This document shows positions 34,494-43,937 of a stretch of DNA of 64,000 bases, piece by piece; the stretch's first letter is position 1; every line of letters begins with the position of its first letter. The position numbers and the translations under genes are program-made. This stretch comes from Candidatus Altiarchaeota archaeon (lineage in GTDB: Archaea > Altiarchaeota > Altiarchaeia > IMC4 > SCGC-AAA252-I15), in contig JAQTQS010000001.1 of assembly GCA_028712125.1 (NCBI GenBank), positions 3,526 to 67,525 on the forward strand, given 5' to 3'. A model generated the notes under the pieces. That model was not told the origin of the DNA, ran no database searches, and worked only from the letters and a program-made list of their open reading frames with translations.

Positions 34494-35957
34494 TCATGTC
34501 ACCTGAAACCCGAGTTCAGTAGCGATTGTGTTGAGCGAGTTTTCAAGAAAGTCCGGGAAGTAAAGGCCGACGGCGATGATTACGACCACGAGGACTGCAA
34601 GCGATATCTTCATGCCGGCGGTAATTGCGTATGGCTTCTCCTGCGCGTGCTCGCCCCCCGTCTGGGAGAACGCGGTCAGGAGGAATATCGCGAAGGCCGA
34701 CGACGCTGCGAGGAATAGCAGGAGCACGATAGCGAGGAGTATCGGCGAGGCACCCCCTATCTGGATGAGGAGCGACAGCTTCGAGAGGAACACCATGGAG
34801 GGCGGCATGCCGGTTATGGCCGCGCTTCCGATAATCAGGCACCATGAGGCCAGCGGCTGCAGCCTGAACAGGTCTTTCATGCGCTCTATCCTGCTGCTCG
34901 CGTACTGGCTGTGCAGTATCCCGGCCGAGAGGAATATCAGGGCCTTTGTGAGGGAGTGGGCGAGCGTGTGGAAGAGCGCCCAGAAGATTGACAGCGGCGT
35001 CCCAATGCCTACGCCCATGAGAATCAAGCCCATGTTCTCGATGCTTGAGAATGCTATAAGCCGCTTCAGGTTCTTCTGCTGGAGCATGCTGAATGCGGCA
35101 ATCAATATGCTCAAAAGGCCGAATGCTATGAGAAGGCTTGATATCATGCCTGCGGCCATTGTCTGGCGGGCTATCGAGTACATCCTCAGTATGCCGTATA
35201 GCCCGACATTGAGGAGTACCGCGGACAATACCGCGCTTATCTGGGATGGCGCCTTGGAGTGGGCGTGGGGAAGCCAAGTGTGGAAGGGCGCGATGCCCGC
35301 CTTCGCTGCGAAGCCGATGAAGGTGAATGCGAATACAACCATCATGATGTTTTGGGGGAGCGCCTGCGCGTGAAGCATTAGAACGCTCCACGTCAGGGTG
35401 CCGGCGCTGAAATAACGCTGGGTGAAAGCGAAGAGGAATATCAGGCCTATGAACGAGAAGAGCATGGCTATGGATGTCACGAATATGTACTTGAGCGACG
35501 CGTCTATGTTCTTACGGGAGTTTCGTATCGCTATGAGAAGGGCTGAGAAGAAGGTCGTAAGCTCGGTGAAAATCCAGAACAATGCGAGGTTGTTTGACAT
35601 GAAAGCCATGGCCGTGACGAAGAGCAGTATGTTGAAGCCTATATAGAAGAGCTTGATGCTGCCCTTGCCGAATTCCCCGTGGCGGGCGAGGCTTTCTACG
35701 TAGCCGCCGGAGTAGACTGCCGCAAGCAGGAATATGGCCGCGGCGATGAGTATCTCATAGGCGCCCAGGTGGTCGATGAAGAGGTATTGCTCCGCGGAGT
35801 AGTACTCCGGGAGGCCTGCGTATAGGAGTGCGTAGAGCGATAACGCGAGGTAGGCTGCGGAGTGGGCTATGGAGAGCGCGTTCATCGTCCGGCAGGAGCG
35901 GGCGAGCGAGAGCGCAATCAGCGCCAGCAGGCTTGACACAACGTAGTATTGCAGCAT
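34494..35957 (-). CDS. NuoN/NuoM/MrpD-family antiporter-like membrane subunit (HyfF/HyfD-like)
   Basis: It has about 14 TM helices and the PF00361 pattern (GIAPFHTWLPHAHSKAPSQISA). Confidence 0.65.
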   Translation of the reverse strand: MLQYYVVSSLLALIALSLARSCRTMNALSIAHSAAYLALSLYALLYAGLPEYYSAEQYLFIDHLGAYEILIAAAIFLLAAVYSGGYVESLARHGEFGKGSIKLFYIGFNILLFVTAMAFMSNNLALFWIFTELTTFFSALLIAIRNSRKNIDASLKYIFVTSIAMLFSFIGLIFLFAFTQRYFSAGTLTWSVLMLHAQALPQNIMMVVFAFTFIGFAAKAGIAPFHTWLPHAHSKAPSQISAVLSAVLLNVGLYGILRMYSIARQTMAAGMISSLLIAFGLLSILIAAFSMLQQKNLKRLIAFSSIENMGLILMGVGIGTPLSIFWALFHTLAHSLTKALIFLSAGILHSQYASSRIERMKDLFRLQPLASWCLIIGSAAITGMPPSMVFLSKLSLLIQIGGASPILLAIVLLLFLAASSAFAIFLLTAFSQTGGEHAQEKPYAITAGMKISLAVLVVVIIAVGLYFPDFLENSLNTIATELGFQVT

Positions 35958-35959
35958 TC

Positions 35960-36640
35960 TTAATCGTCCTCCCTGAAGAGCACGCCCAGCCTGCGGAGCC
36001 GGTTCTGGAACTCTTCGATGCTTGAGTCTATGCCGATTGCCAGCACCGCCGCAAGCAGCACCAGCATTATCAGGTCTATCATGACAAGGACCTCTATGAT
36101 GAACGGGAGCTCGATGAGGAATATGCTGAACAATAGTACGCCGTTCTCAATCATCAGGTAGCCCAGTATCTTGGTGACTATCTTCGTCCTGCTGAACGTG
36201 ACCATCATGCCCATAAGCGAGAGCGATATGCCGAAGACCGCGCCGAGGTAGAAAAGGTTGCTGAGCGAGAACTCCCGGAGTATCACTGAAAAGGAGCCGT
36301 AGACAATGAGCACCAGCACAAGCGTCACGAAAATTGAGCCGACCGGGCCGATGTAATGGAACTCTATGTCCCGGCGTATGCTGATCTTCCTCTGCACCCT
36401 GCGTATCACATAGGGGATTGCGACGACCTTGCTGGCAAAAGTCAGGACTGCAAGGTACAATAGGAGGCGACCGCCCTGGCCGAGGTAGAGGGAAAGCGCG
36501 AGCAATGCCAGAAGGAGCGACTGCGTTGCGTAGGTCGAAACCAATGACAAGAGGTCCCGGCGGGTCACGATGAACGCGCCGGTCACGAGCACGAGGGCCA
36601 GGAGGACTTCTATCGCGCCCTCGACCGGAACGCTGGTCAT
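35960..36640 (-). CDS. small membrane subunit of the complex (HyfE/NuoK-like)
   Basis: This 226-aa protein has about 7 TM helices. Its position between the NuoH-like and NuoN-like genes matches the hyf operon order. Confidence 0.45.
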   Translation of the reverse strand: MTSVPVEGAIEVLLALVLVTGAFIVTRRDLLSLVSTYATQSLLLALLALSLYLGQGGRLLLYLAVLTFASKVVAIPYVIRRVQRKISIRRDIEFHYIGPVGSIFVTLVLVLIVYGSFSVILREFSLSNLFYLGAVFGISLSLMGMMVTFSRTKIVTKILGYLMIENGVLLFSIFLIELPFIIEVLVMIDLIMLVLLAAVLAIGIDSSIEEFQNRLRRLGVLFREDD

Positions 36641-37587
36641 TTGAACACCTCCAGTAGTATGGTTACCGAAGAGAGGAAGAACACCATTGCGAACAGGCCG
36701 GGCAGGCTGAACAGCCTGAACTTGGCGAGCGAAGACTCGAAAAGCCCGACAAGGACCGAAAGGAGCGAAGCCTTCGCTATGAACAGAACCGCGGCGACGA
36801 TAATGCCGCCTGCGGCAAGCCCTTGCGACAGCCCGAACGGGAGGAGGATGTTGATGAGTATGCCCATCAGGAGCGTCTGCTTGAGCGCGTGCGCAACTTC
36901 CATCAGCGCAAGGTCGCGTCCCGAGTACTCGAGGAGCATCGCCTCGTGTATCATCGTCAGCTCGAGGTGGGTTTCGGGGTTGTCTATGGGAATGCGCGCG
37001 GTCTCAACGATGAGGATGAGGAACAGCGACACCGAGATGAGGACGACTGCCGGATTTAGGAAGGGCACTGAGGAAGACGTCCTCTCGAACATCTCGTGTA
37101 TGCTCGTGGTGTTGAGCGTGAACGCGAGGGCTGCAAAGGCGATGATAGTTATCGGCTCGATTACCGCGGAAATGCTCATCTCCCGCGAGCTCCCCATGCC
37201 CCCGAACGTGCTGCCGGCGTCCAAACCCGCGAGGGCCATGAAGAACCTCCCGGCCGCAAGGTTGTATTTCAGCAGTATGATCTTGCCGATGCCCGCCATC
37301 GGCGATGGTATGAACAGGAATGGGACGAAGAGTGTTGCGGCCAGCGTCGACGATATGACGATATAAGGCGTCGCCCGCATGAGCCACGACGAGTTGGAGG
37401 AGTACACGCGCTCCTTTCGGAAAAGCTTCGCGATGATGTAGTAGAATTGGAGCAGCGGCGGACCCTGCCGGCCCTGGGTGAACGCCTTCACCTTCTTTAT
37501 CATGCTTACGAACAGCGGCGAGAATGCGAGCGCGAACGCCGTGTTGACTAGCGCATAGGCGATGAAGGAGTGGTTCATGCGTACCAC
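36637..37587 (-). CDS. NuoH/HycD-like membrane subunit
   Basis: GRQGPPLLQFYYIIAKLFRKE matches the NuoH motif R.GP...GLLQP..D..KL..KE. It has 8 TM helices. Confidence 0.6.
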   Translation of the reverse strand: MVRMNHSFIAYALVNTAFALAFSPLFVSMIKKVKAFTQGRQGPPLLQFYYIIAKLFRKERVYSSNSSWLMRATPYIVISSTLAATLFVPFLFIPSPMAGIGKIILLKYNLAAGRFFMALAGLDAGSTFGGMGSSREMSISAVIEPITIIAFAALAFTLNTTSIHEMFERTSSSVPFLNPAVVLISVSLFLILIVETARIPIDNPETHLELTMIHEAMLLEYSGRDLALMEVAHALKQTLLMGILINILLPFGLSQGLAAGGIIVAAVLFIAKASLLSVLVGLFESSLAKFRLFSLPGLFAMVFFLSSVTILLEVFK

Positions 37588-39518
37588 CCCAGTATCACGA
37601 TGAACAATACCACCGCTATGAAGCTGTAGGCGATGTAGGAGTCGAGGCTCCCGTTCTCAAGCCGGTTGAACGCCTTTGAAACCAATTCCCCGAGACGCGC
37701 GACCGGCAGGTACAGATACTCCTCGAAGAAGCGCATGAGCTTGATTTCGCCCCTGCCCGAGCGGAAGATTACCTTGTGGAGGTCGTAGAACAGATTGTGG
37801 CTTTCCTTTTTGGTATGGTAAATGGGCTTGAAAATAGTGACGACCGGCTCTGAAAAACCGGAAGCGGTATACTCCATGCGGCTGTCCTGCGAGAGAATGC
37901 CGCAGCCCCACGTCTCGGCTACCCTCGACGCGTTGTTAGAGAAAACGCGGACAAATAAATAGACCACTGCAAATGACGCAAGCATGAGCAGCCCTATTAC
38001 GAGCATGTCAGGCATGGGCACATTAAATCCGGCAAGCGCGAAAAGCTGCGGGGAAAACAAACCGAGCAGCGCGCACGACAATGCAAGAACCAGCGGCCCG
38101 GCGAGCATCGGCAACGGAGCTTCCACCGCCTTTTTCGCGCACTCGGACCTCGGGGCTGCGAGGAAGGTTATCCCGAACGCCTTGACAAAGCAGGCTGCGG
38201 CCAGCGCGCTGGTGAGCGCGAAAGCCGAAAGGCAGAGCATCATCACAAGCTGGATTACCTTGCTGCCGATGAGGTACGACTGCAACAGGGCCTGGAATAT
38301 CAACAGCTCGCTTGCGAAACCGTTGAACGGCGGCAGAGCTGATATCGAGACTGAACCTACGAGGAAGAACAGCGCGGTGTAAGGCATGCGCCTTGCGAGC
38401 CCGCCCATCTCCTCGATGTTCCGCGTCTTCGCGGCCTCGACGACCGAGCCGGCAGTAAGGAAAAGAAGGCTCTTGAAGACCGCATGGTTCAGCACGTGGA
38501 AGAGCGAGCCTGCGAGCGCGAGGAATGCGATTTCAGGAAGGCCGTAGCTCCGAAAGAGTATGCATGCGCCAAAGCCGATGAGTATGATACCGATGTTCTC
38601 TATGCTGTGGTACGCGAGCAGCCTTTTGATGTCGTGCTCCTTGAGCGCGTATATCACCCCGAGGAACGCTGAAACGGTGCCGGCAAGCAGTATGAACGTG
38701 CCCCACCACGAATCCGGCGCAAGGACGTCCAGGACGAAGCGCATCAGGCCGTAGACCGCAACCTTTATCATCACGCCGGACATCAACGCCGAGATGTTGG
38801 AAGGACTTGCGGGATGCGCATAAGGCAGCCACTTGTGGAAGGGTATGACGCCGGCCTTAACCCCGAAGCCGGCGAACAAAAGCAGGAAGACAACAGTCAT
38901 GACGCGCGAACTTAGATAAGGCATGGGCTGGATTGCGAACGAGCCGCTGTGGCCGTAAAGCATGAGGAAAGCCGCAAGCAGGAACACGGTGGAAAGCTGC
39001 GTCATCACGAAATAGAATATGCCGGCCCTTCGGGATTCAGGCTTCTCATAGTCATAGACCACCAGCAGGAAGGATGCGAGCGACATCGCCTCCCAGAAGA
39101 ACATGAAGGAGAACGTGTTGTCGGACGCGACGACAAGAATCATGGACAAGACGAATACGCTCAGGAGAGAAGCCAGCACGCTCTTGCGCTTCTCATGAAC
39201 GCCGTGCTCCGCATAAGCGATGGAATACACGCCGACGCAACCCGACACAAAAGAAATCGCCAGCATGAAAAAGGCCGAAAGGCGGTCCACGAAAAAAGAC
39301 AAACCAAAGCCGGGCAGCATCCCAAAACCGGGCAAACGCAAACCCAAATTGCCGTACAAAACCAAGGCCGAAAACGCGAACATCAAAACAGAACCTGCAA
39401 CCGCGAACAGGAAGGACATGCTCCGCGACACCCTGCCGCCCAAACGGCCGAAAACCAGCGGCCAAGCTGACCCAAGCAAAAGCAAAGCAAGACTTGCGTA
39501 AAAAAGGAATGAAAGCAT
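37575..39518 (-). CDS. NuoL/MrpA/HyfB-like antiporter-type membrane subunit
   Basis: This 647-aa protein has about 16 TM helices and the PF00361 pattern (GVIPFHKWLPYAHPASPSNISALM). Confidence 0.65.
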   Translation of the reverse strand: MLSFLFYASLALLLLGSAWPLVFGRLGGRVSRSMSFLFAVAGSVLMFAFSALVLYGNLGLRLPGFGMLPGFGLSFFVDRLSAFFMLAISFVSGCVGVYSIAYAEHGVHEKRKSVLASLLSVFVLSMILVVASDNTFSFMFFWEAMSLASFLLVVYDYEKPESRRAGIFYFVMTQLSTVFLLAAFLMLYGHSGSFAIQPMPYLSSRVMTVVFLLLFAGFGVKAGVIPFHKWLPYAHPASPSNISALMSGVMIKVAVYGLMRFVLDVLAPDSWWGTFILLAGTVSAFLGVIYALKEHDIKRLLAYHSIENIGIILIGFGACILFRSYGLPEIAFLALAGSLFHVLNHAVFKSLLFLTAGSVVEAAKTRNIEEMGGLARRMPYTALFFLVGSVSISALPPFNGFASELLIFQALLQSYLIGSKVIQLVMMLCLSAFALTSALAAACFVKAFGITFLAAPRSECAKKAVEAPLPMLAGPLVLALSCALLGLFSPQLFALAGFNVPMPDMLVIGLLMLASFAVVYLFVRVFSNNASRVAETWGCGILSQDSRMEYTASGFSEPVVTIFKPIYHTKKESHNLFYDLHKVIFRSGRGEIKLMRFFEEYLYLPVARLGELVSKAFNRLENGSLDSYIAYSFIAVVLFIVILGWYA

Positions 39519-39887
39519 TTTAACACCAACGGAAATTATCTAGGAGCATGCAAGACGAAAGGGCGAGGCACAAGGGATCTACGGCAAACGCTGGAACAGA
39601 CGCCCGACTGCGGGCGTAAAAAGCTTCCCGGACAACAACAACTGCTTACGATTTCCATGCAACGCGCCTTCGATACCCTGCTTAAACTCCCATACGGAAT
39701 TTAATTCTAATCAATAGGGGTTATTCGCTTAAAAAGGTCTAACCAGACAATAAAAAATACCATTCATACCGCATACGGGAGCACCAATGATTAATGTTCC
39801 CTGAGCACTTTCATACATCTTGGATTCAAGGTACTCTTGAAAAGACTAATTTAAACTTAACTACTCGTCTGCCCCCAGGTCTTAGAT

Positions 39888-40241
39888 TCATCTCATAATA
39901 TTACCAAGGGATATGAGGACAATTAACGACCAAACAAACGAGGTCATAAAACAAGATAAAATACCTCCAACAATAGCTCTCTTTAATATTCTATTAAAAT
40001 TGTAATCAGTGATGAGAGATATCAAAAATGAAAATGAAAAGATAATGCCAACAAGGTTACCTGGGAATACATCAATGAGACCACCTAAATCTTTTTCTAT
40101 ATAATATGAGAATAAACCAGACAGGAATATAAAGTACGTCAAAGCAACTCCTACTAGGATTGCCAATATAGAGTATTTATCCTCCTCTTTTCCTTTTGTA
40201 TTACTTTGTTTATTGTTCATAGTCAGACTGTGCTGCTCCAA
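39888..40241 (-). CDS. hypothetical small membrane protein in an AT-rich islet
   Basis: It has three TM helices. The low-GC segment runs about 39700-40250. Confidence 0.35.
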   Translation of the reverse strand: MEQHSLTMNNKQSNTKGKEEDKYSILAILVGVALTYFIFLSGLFSYYIEKDLGGLIDVFPGNLVGIIFSFSFLISLITDYNFNRILKRAIVGGILSCFMTSFVWSLIVLISLGNIMR

Positions 40242-40253
40242 GGTTTAATCGCA

Positions 40254-41390
40254 TCATCCTTCGTATCCCTTGTCCAATGCCGCCTCTATGAGCGTCTCAT
40301 CCAGTTGTTCTTCTATCTTTTTTACTGTCGCAAGGTCTGCCTTTGTTTCCGGGTGCTGCGGGAGGAGGAAGTTGCAGCAGTCGGTGTATTGTTGTATCGA
40401 GGTTTCGTATGTCCCGATTTTGTTCGCGATGTCTATGATTTCCCTTTTGTCAAATCCTGCGAGCGGCCGTATCGTCAGCACGCCTGCCGCTTCGTCTATG
40501 ACGTTGAGGTTGTCGAGGGTTTGTGATGCAACCTGGCCGATGTTGTCGCCGGTGACTATCGCCTTTGCGCCGGTTTTATGGCATAGCCTGCTTGCTATTC
40601 GCATGAAGATTCTTCTTAGCAATATTATGCGGTATTTGGACTGGGCGTTCATGACGAGGTCTTTTTCGATTTTACCTGTCGGTATGTAGAGTAGCTTTAT
40701 GGATGGGTGGTATGCCGCAAGCTTTTCCTGGAGTTCCTGGATTTTGCCCGGCTTTGGGTTTTTCTCGTCGTGGATGAAATGTAGTAATGTCACGTCGCAG
40801 CCGCGCTTTAAGGCAAGGTAGGCCGCTACTGGGCTGTCTATGCCGCCTGAGAAAAGGCATAATACTTTCCCTGAGACTCCGACCGGCAGGCCGCCGACGC
40901 CCTCGATTCTATGCGTATGGATGTAGGCGCCGTCCTTGGCCAGGTCGATACCGATGTCGAGTTCCGCGCCCCTGAGCCTGACAGTGCAGCCGGTCTCATC
41001 TTTGAGGTATCCGCCGACGGTGTTGTTGACTTCTACTGAAGTCATCCTGAATGTCTTGTCAAGCCTGCCTGCCGTAACCCTGAAGGAAGAGGGTTTCACA
41101 TCCCGGATTATTTCAAGAGCGGCAGCCTTGATGTCCTCAAGAGCCGGCCGTATCTTCAATGCGGGACTGGCTGACGTCACGCCGAACACACGGGCCGCGG
41201 ATGATGCTGCATTAGGGTTTTTGGCGTTAAGGACGAAGCGTCCTGAAATGCGCTCAATCGTGCATTCGCCGATGCCGTCTCTCTCAAGCATTTTTTTGAT
41301 GTTGTCTTTCAGCCTTCGTTCGAACATGCCCTTGTTGCCGCCCTTGAGGGCTATCTCGCCGTACCTGACGAGAACGCACGACTGCTCCAT
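40254..41390 (-). CDS. thiI: tRNA sulfurtransferase ThiI (THUMP domain plus PP-loop ATPase)
   Basis: The N-terminus MEQSCVLVRYGEIALKGGNKGMFE is a THUMP start. SGGIDSPVAAYL is the PP-loop. The track start at 41624 adds an unlikely 78-aa extension. Confidence 0.8.
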   Translation of the reverse strand: MEQSCVLVRYGEIALKGGNKGMFERRLKDNIKKMLERDGIGECTIERISGRFVLNAKNPNAASSAARVFGVTSASPALKIRPALEDIKAAALEIIRDVKPSSFRVTAGRLDKTFRMTSVEVNNTVGGYLKDETGCTVRLRGAELDIGIDLAKDGAYIHTHRIEGVGGLPVGVSGKVLCLFSGGIDSPVAAYLALKRGCDVTLLHFIHDEKNPKPGKIQELQEKLAAYHPSIKLLYIPTGKIEKDLVMNAQSKYRIILLRRIFMRIASRLCHKTGAKAIVTGDNIGQVASQTLDNLNVIDEAAGVLTIRPLAGFDKREIIDIANKIGTYETSIQQYTDCCNFLLPQHPETKADLATVKKIEEQLDETLIEAALDKGYEG

Positions 41391-41408
41391 TGGTACTGTT
41401 ATTTTTCT

Positions 41409-41948
41409 TTGTTGCTTTTTAATAGTATCCTGATGGCAAGAGGGGGGAATCCCAATCCACGGCCGCCTTCCAGCGGGGGCATTCCGTCGGGCGAGAGCCT
41501 GTGGCTGCCTTCGCACTACGGCAGGGACGTTAAAGCGAAGGGGGGTTTGGACAAGACCGTGTTCTGGAACGTTTCGGACGTCTTGGACTTCATTTTTCCG
41601 AAAAAGTACCAGCCGACCTACCATGCGGTCTCCTGCAAGCTGATGGATTTAATATTGACGAAGGGCTATGTAGGCAAGAAGGACATCGGCAAGTTCATGA
41701 AGGACAACGCGGTCAGCAAGTCCACGCTGGAGAACAAGGTCATACCCAAGCTCGTAAGGCTCGGATTGCTGAAGCGCGAACGGGAGTTCAAGGCGGGCCT
41801 TGGCAAGGGGCGGGGGCTGGTCTTGTCCGAGTCTTTGACTTTCACGGCGTATCTGGACAGGGTGGGGTTCGCGTGGAACATGCTCGTATCGACAGCCCGG
41901 AAGAGGAAGCAGGATGACGCGATGGAGGGGCAACAGCTCACTCTTTAG
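41409..41948 (+). CDS. uncharacterised winged-helix-like family protein (paralogue 4 of 4; outside the island)
   Basis: TVFWNVSDVLDFIFPKKYQPTYHAVSCKLMDLILTKGYVGKKDIGKF...NKVIPKLVRLGLLKREREF aligns with the 20264 ORF. The true start may be at M9. Confidence 0.5.
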   Translation: MLLFNSILMARGGNPNPRPPSSGGIPSGESLWLPSHYGRDVKAKGGLDKTVFWNVSDVLDFIFPKKYQPTYHAVSCKLMDLILTKGYVGKKDIGKFMKDNAVSKSTLENKVIPKLVRLGLLKREREFKAGLGKGRGLVLSESLTFTAYLDRVGFAWNMLVSTARKRKQDDAMEGQQLTL

Positions 41949-42543
41949 AATCTCCGCTCTTTTTCAGCTTGCTGATTCTCGCCTCAAGCTCGATTAATTC
42001 CTTCTGTTTCTGGGTCATGATTTCGCCGTAGCTGTTTTCGTCTATCTCGCCGCTTACGCGCTTGCGCTTGGTTATTTGTATGATATCGTCTATGTCGCGC
42101 TTTTTCGCATCAAGCACGGTAAGATCGGACGCCGCGGATTTTCGTATCGTGGACTCAAGCCGGTCCCAGTACAATCGCTTGGTATACTGCTCGCGCATGG
42201 TGGCCTTGGAGTCCTCGGCGACCTTCTGCGAGCTCACGGCGGCAATCTCGCTTTTTTCGGGTATCTTCTTTGCCGGCTCGATGTGCTCCTCGTGCATGCT
42301 GACGTATTCCGCAAGCTTGCTCTTGTAACGCGCAGCCTCCTCTTTCAGGCGCAGATTATCCTTCTGCAGCTTGTAGGAGTACGCGAACAACAGGATAAGA
42401 AGCAGCCCGACCGCGGCTACGGGGAGCATGCCCGGCGGGATGGAAGACATGACGGCTTCCGGGTCCAATGCGCTCACACTGCCGGCAAATGCGATGGACA
42501 GGAACGGCAACGACAGTATATGCGTAATGTTATGCCTCATCAT
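41938..42543 (-). CDS. hypothetical membrane protein with a SHOCT-like C-terminal domain
   Basis: It has a signal/TM segment, a coiled-coil, and the C-terminal RVSGEIDENSYGEIMTQKQKELIELE, which is like the SHOCT short C-terminal domain. Confidence 0.35.
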   Translation of the reverse strand: MMRHNITHILSLPFLSIAFAGSVSALDPEAVMSSIPPGMLPVAAVGLLLILLFAYSYKLQKDNLRLKEEAARYKSKLAEYVSMHEEHIEPAKKIPEKSEIAAVSSQKVAEDSKATMREQYTKRLYWDRLESTIRKSAASDLTVLDAKKRDIDDIIQITKRKRVSGEIDENSYGEIMTQKQKELIELEARISKLKKSGDSKE

Positions 42544-42863
42544 TGCTGCGGCTCGGATGTCTCAGCCGGCTCCCTGCGGTCTTCCGATGCCTTGTCAAGC
42601 TGCCGGACCAATCCCTCAAGCTCGTGCGCTATGTCCATTCCCTTGTCGGTCAGCTCGACGATTTTAGTCCGGCCCTCCTTCTTGAAGCGCACTACGCCGA
42701 ACTCCTGCATCTGGTTCAGTACTTTTAGTATGTGAGTGTAGGTGCAGTTGGTCTCCTTGGCGAGTACCGACGCGTATTTGCCCTTCGAACCCTTCAGGCT
42801 TAGAATGACGCCTGCCGGCTTTTCATGGAGTATCAGATTCGCCATGCCCTTTATTGCTTCCAT
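42540..42863 (-). CDS. winged-helix transcriptional regulator (ArsR/MarR-like)
   Basis: This 107-aa protein has an HTH (ASVLAKETNCTYTHILKVLNQMQEFGVV) followed by a wing. The C-terminus is acidic. Confidence 0.55.
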   Translation of the reverse strand: MEAIKGMANLILHEKPAGVILSLKGSKGKYASVLAKETNCTYTHILKVLNQMQEFGVVRFKKEGRTKIVELTDKGMDIAHELEGLVRQLDKASEDRREPAETSEPQQ

Positions 42864-43038
42864 TTTTATTTAATCGGGATATTACTTGCGCCTCACGAGC
42901 CTCTGGCCTGCTTGCTGCCGGGCTTTTCAACGGCCGCATCTTCCTGCGGCGTTATGTTGATGACTGCCGGCATGTGCTTCCTGTGCTTCTTGAAGAAGCG
43001 CGTTTCTATGCACCGCTCGACTGTCGGACTTTTCAATT

Positions 43039-43302
43039 TCAGCCTCCCTTAAGGCCTTTTAGGAGCTCTTTCTTGATTTCTTCCCAGTCGCCCTCGATTG
43101 TGTTTATCGCTTTTTTGAGTTTTTTAATCGGGTCTTCCCCTGCGATATGGAGCCGGTAGCCCGGGAACAGCGGGTGTTTTTCGTAGACGTAGGCGTCCAC
43201 GCCCCCCTTGGAGAGTTCCTTGACGAGGACTGCGGGCAGAGTCTTGTCGTCGAATTCTATTTCAACAACGTCTTTTTTGTTTTCAATTATCTTTATTTCC
43301 AT
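43039..43302 (-). CDS. rpoL: DNA-directed RNA polymerase subunit L (Rpb11 homologue)
   Basis: MEIKIIENKKDVVEIEFDDKTL...YEKHPLFPGYRL fits RpoL. The protein is 87 aa and adjacent to csl4. Confidence 0.75.
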   Translation of the reverse strand: MEIKIIENKKDVVEIEFDDKTLPAVLVKELSKGGVDAYVYEKHPLFPGYRLHIAGEDPIKKLKKAINTIEGDWEEIKKELLKGLKGG

Positions 43303-43315
43303 TTCATGTCCCCCG

Positions 43316-43864
43316 TTAGAGTTGTGCGACGTTTCCGTAGTCTGCCGCGATTTTGCGCTTTTCCTTGTGCTTGCAGGACGGGCATTCCATGTTGATGTCG
43401 TCCTTCTTCTCCAGCGGCGTCCGGCATACCCTGCAGAACGCCTTTACGACGCCAAAGTCGCCCCGTGTCTCGATGTCCACGAGGTCGTTGTCTATCTTCA
43501 GGATTCTGGCTTTGACTATGTCGCCGATGCCGAACATCTCCTCGACCTTCTCGACGTAGCTGTTCGAGACGTTCGAGACGTAAAGGCCCGTCTTGAACTC
43601 GATTGACTCCTTAAGGCCTTCTATCTTGGATACGATGACGTTGACCATGTTCTTGCGCGCTCCCTGGACTTCGCCGAATACGATTTGGCCGGGCTTTATG
43701 TCGGGCATGGGTTTCCCCTTTACTGCGACGCTGTGCCTGTCCGGGTCCATTATCTTCTCGCCTATTACGGCCGCGTATATCTTCCCGTCTTCGGTGTATG
43801 TTCCGTCTCCTGCGAGGTATTCTTCTGTCGTTCCTAGGTAGTCCCCTATCAGTGTCTTGTCCAT
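43316..43864 (-). CDS. csl4: exosome complex RNA-binding protein Csl4 (S1 domain plus zinc ribbon)
   Basis: An N-terminal beta-domain and S1 domain are followed by the C-terminal C4 ribbon CRVCRTPL...CPSCKHKE. Csl4-RpoL linkage is conserved. Confidence 0.75.
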   Translation of the reverse strand: MDKTLIGDYLGTTEEYLAGDGTYTEDGKIYAAVIGEKIMDPDRHSVAVKGKPMPDIKPGQIVFGEVQGARKNMVNVIVSKIEGLKESIEFKTGLYVSNVSNSYVEKVEEMFGIGDIVKARILKIDNDLVDIETRGDFGVVKAFCRVCRTPLEKKDDINMECPSCKHKEKRKIAADYGNVAQL

Positions 43865-43937
43865 TCTGTGGAATAATACATGGATTATGCGTTTAAAAAA
43901 AGTTTTATGATGTAGATATTACAGTATATAGGAGGCT

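Noticed and set aside
34576-39470. Several 150-265-aa plus-strand ORFs (34576-35373, 36641-37366, 37096-37551, 38949-39470) within the Ehr operon
   Set aside because: All are antisense to membrane-subunit genes with clear PF00361/NuoH signatures. They are Arg/His/Glu-rich nonsense compositions.
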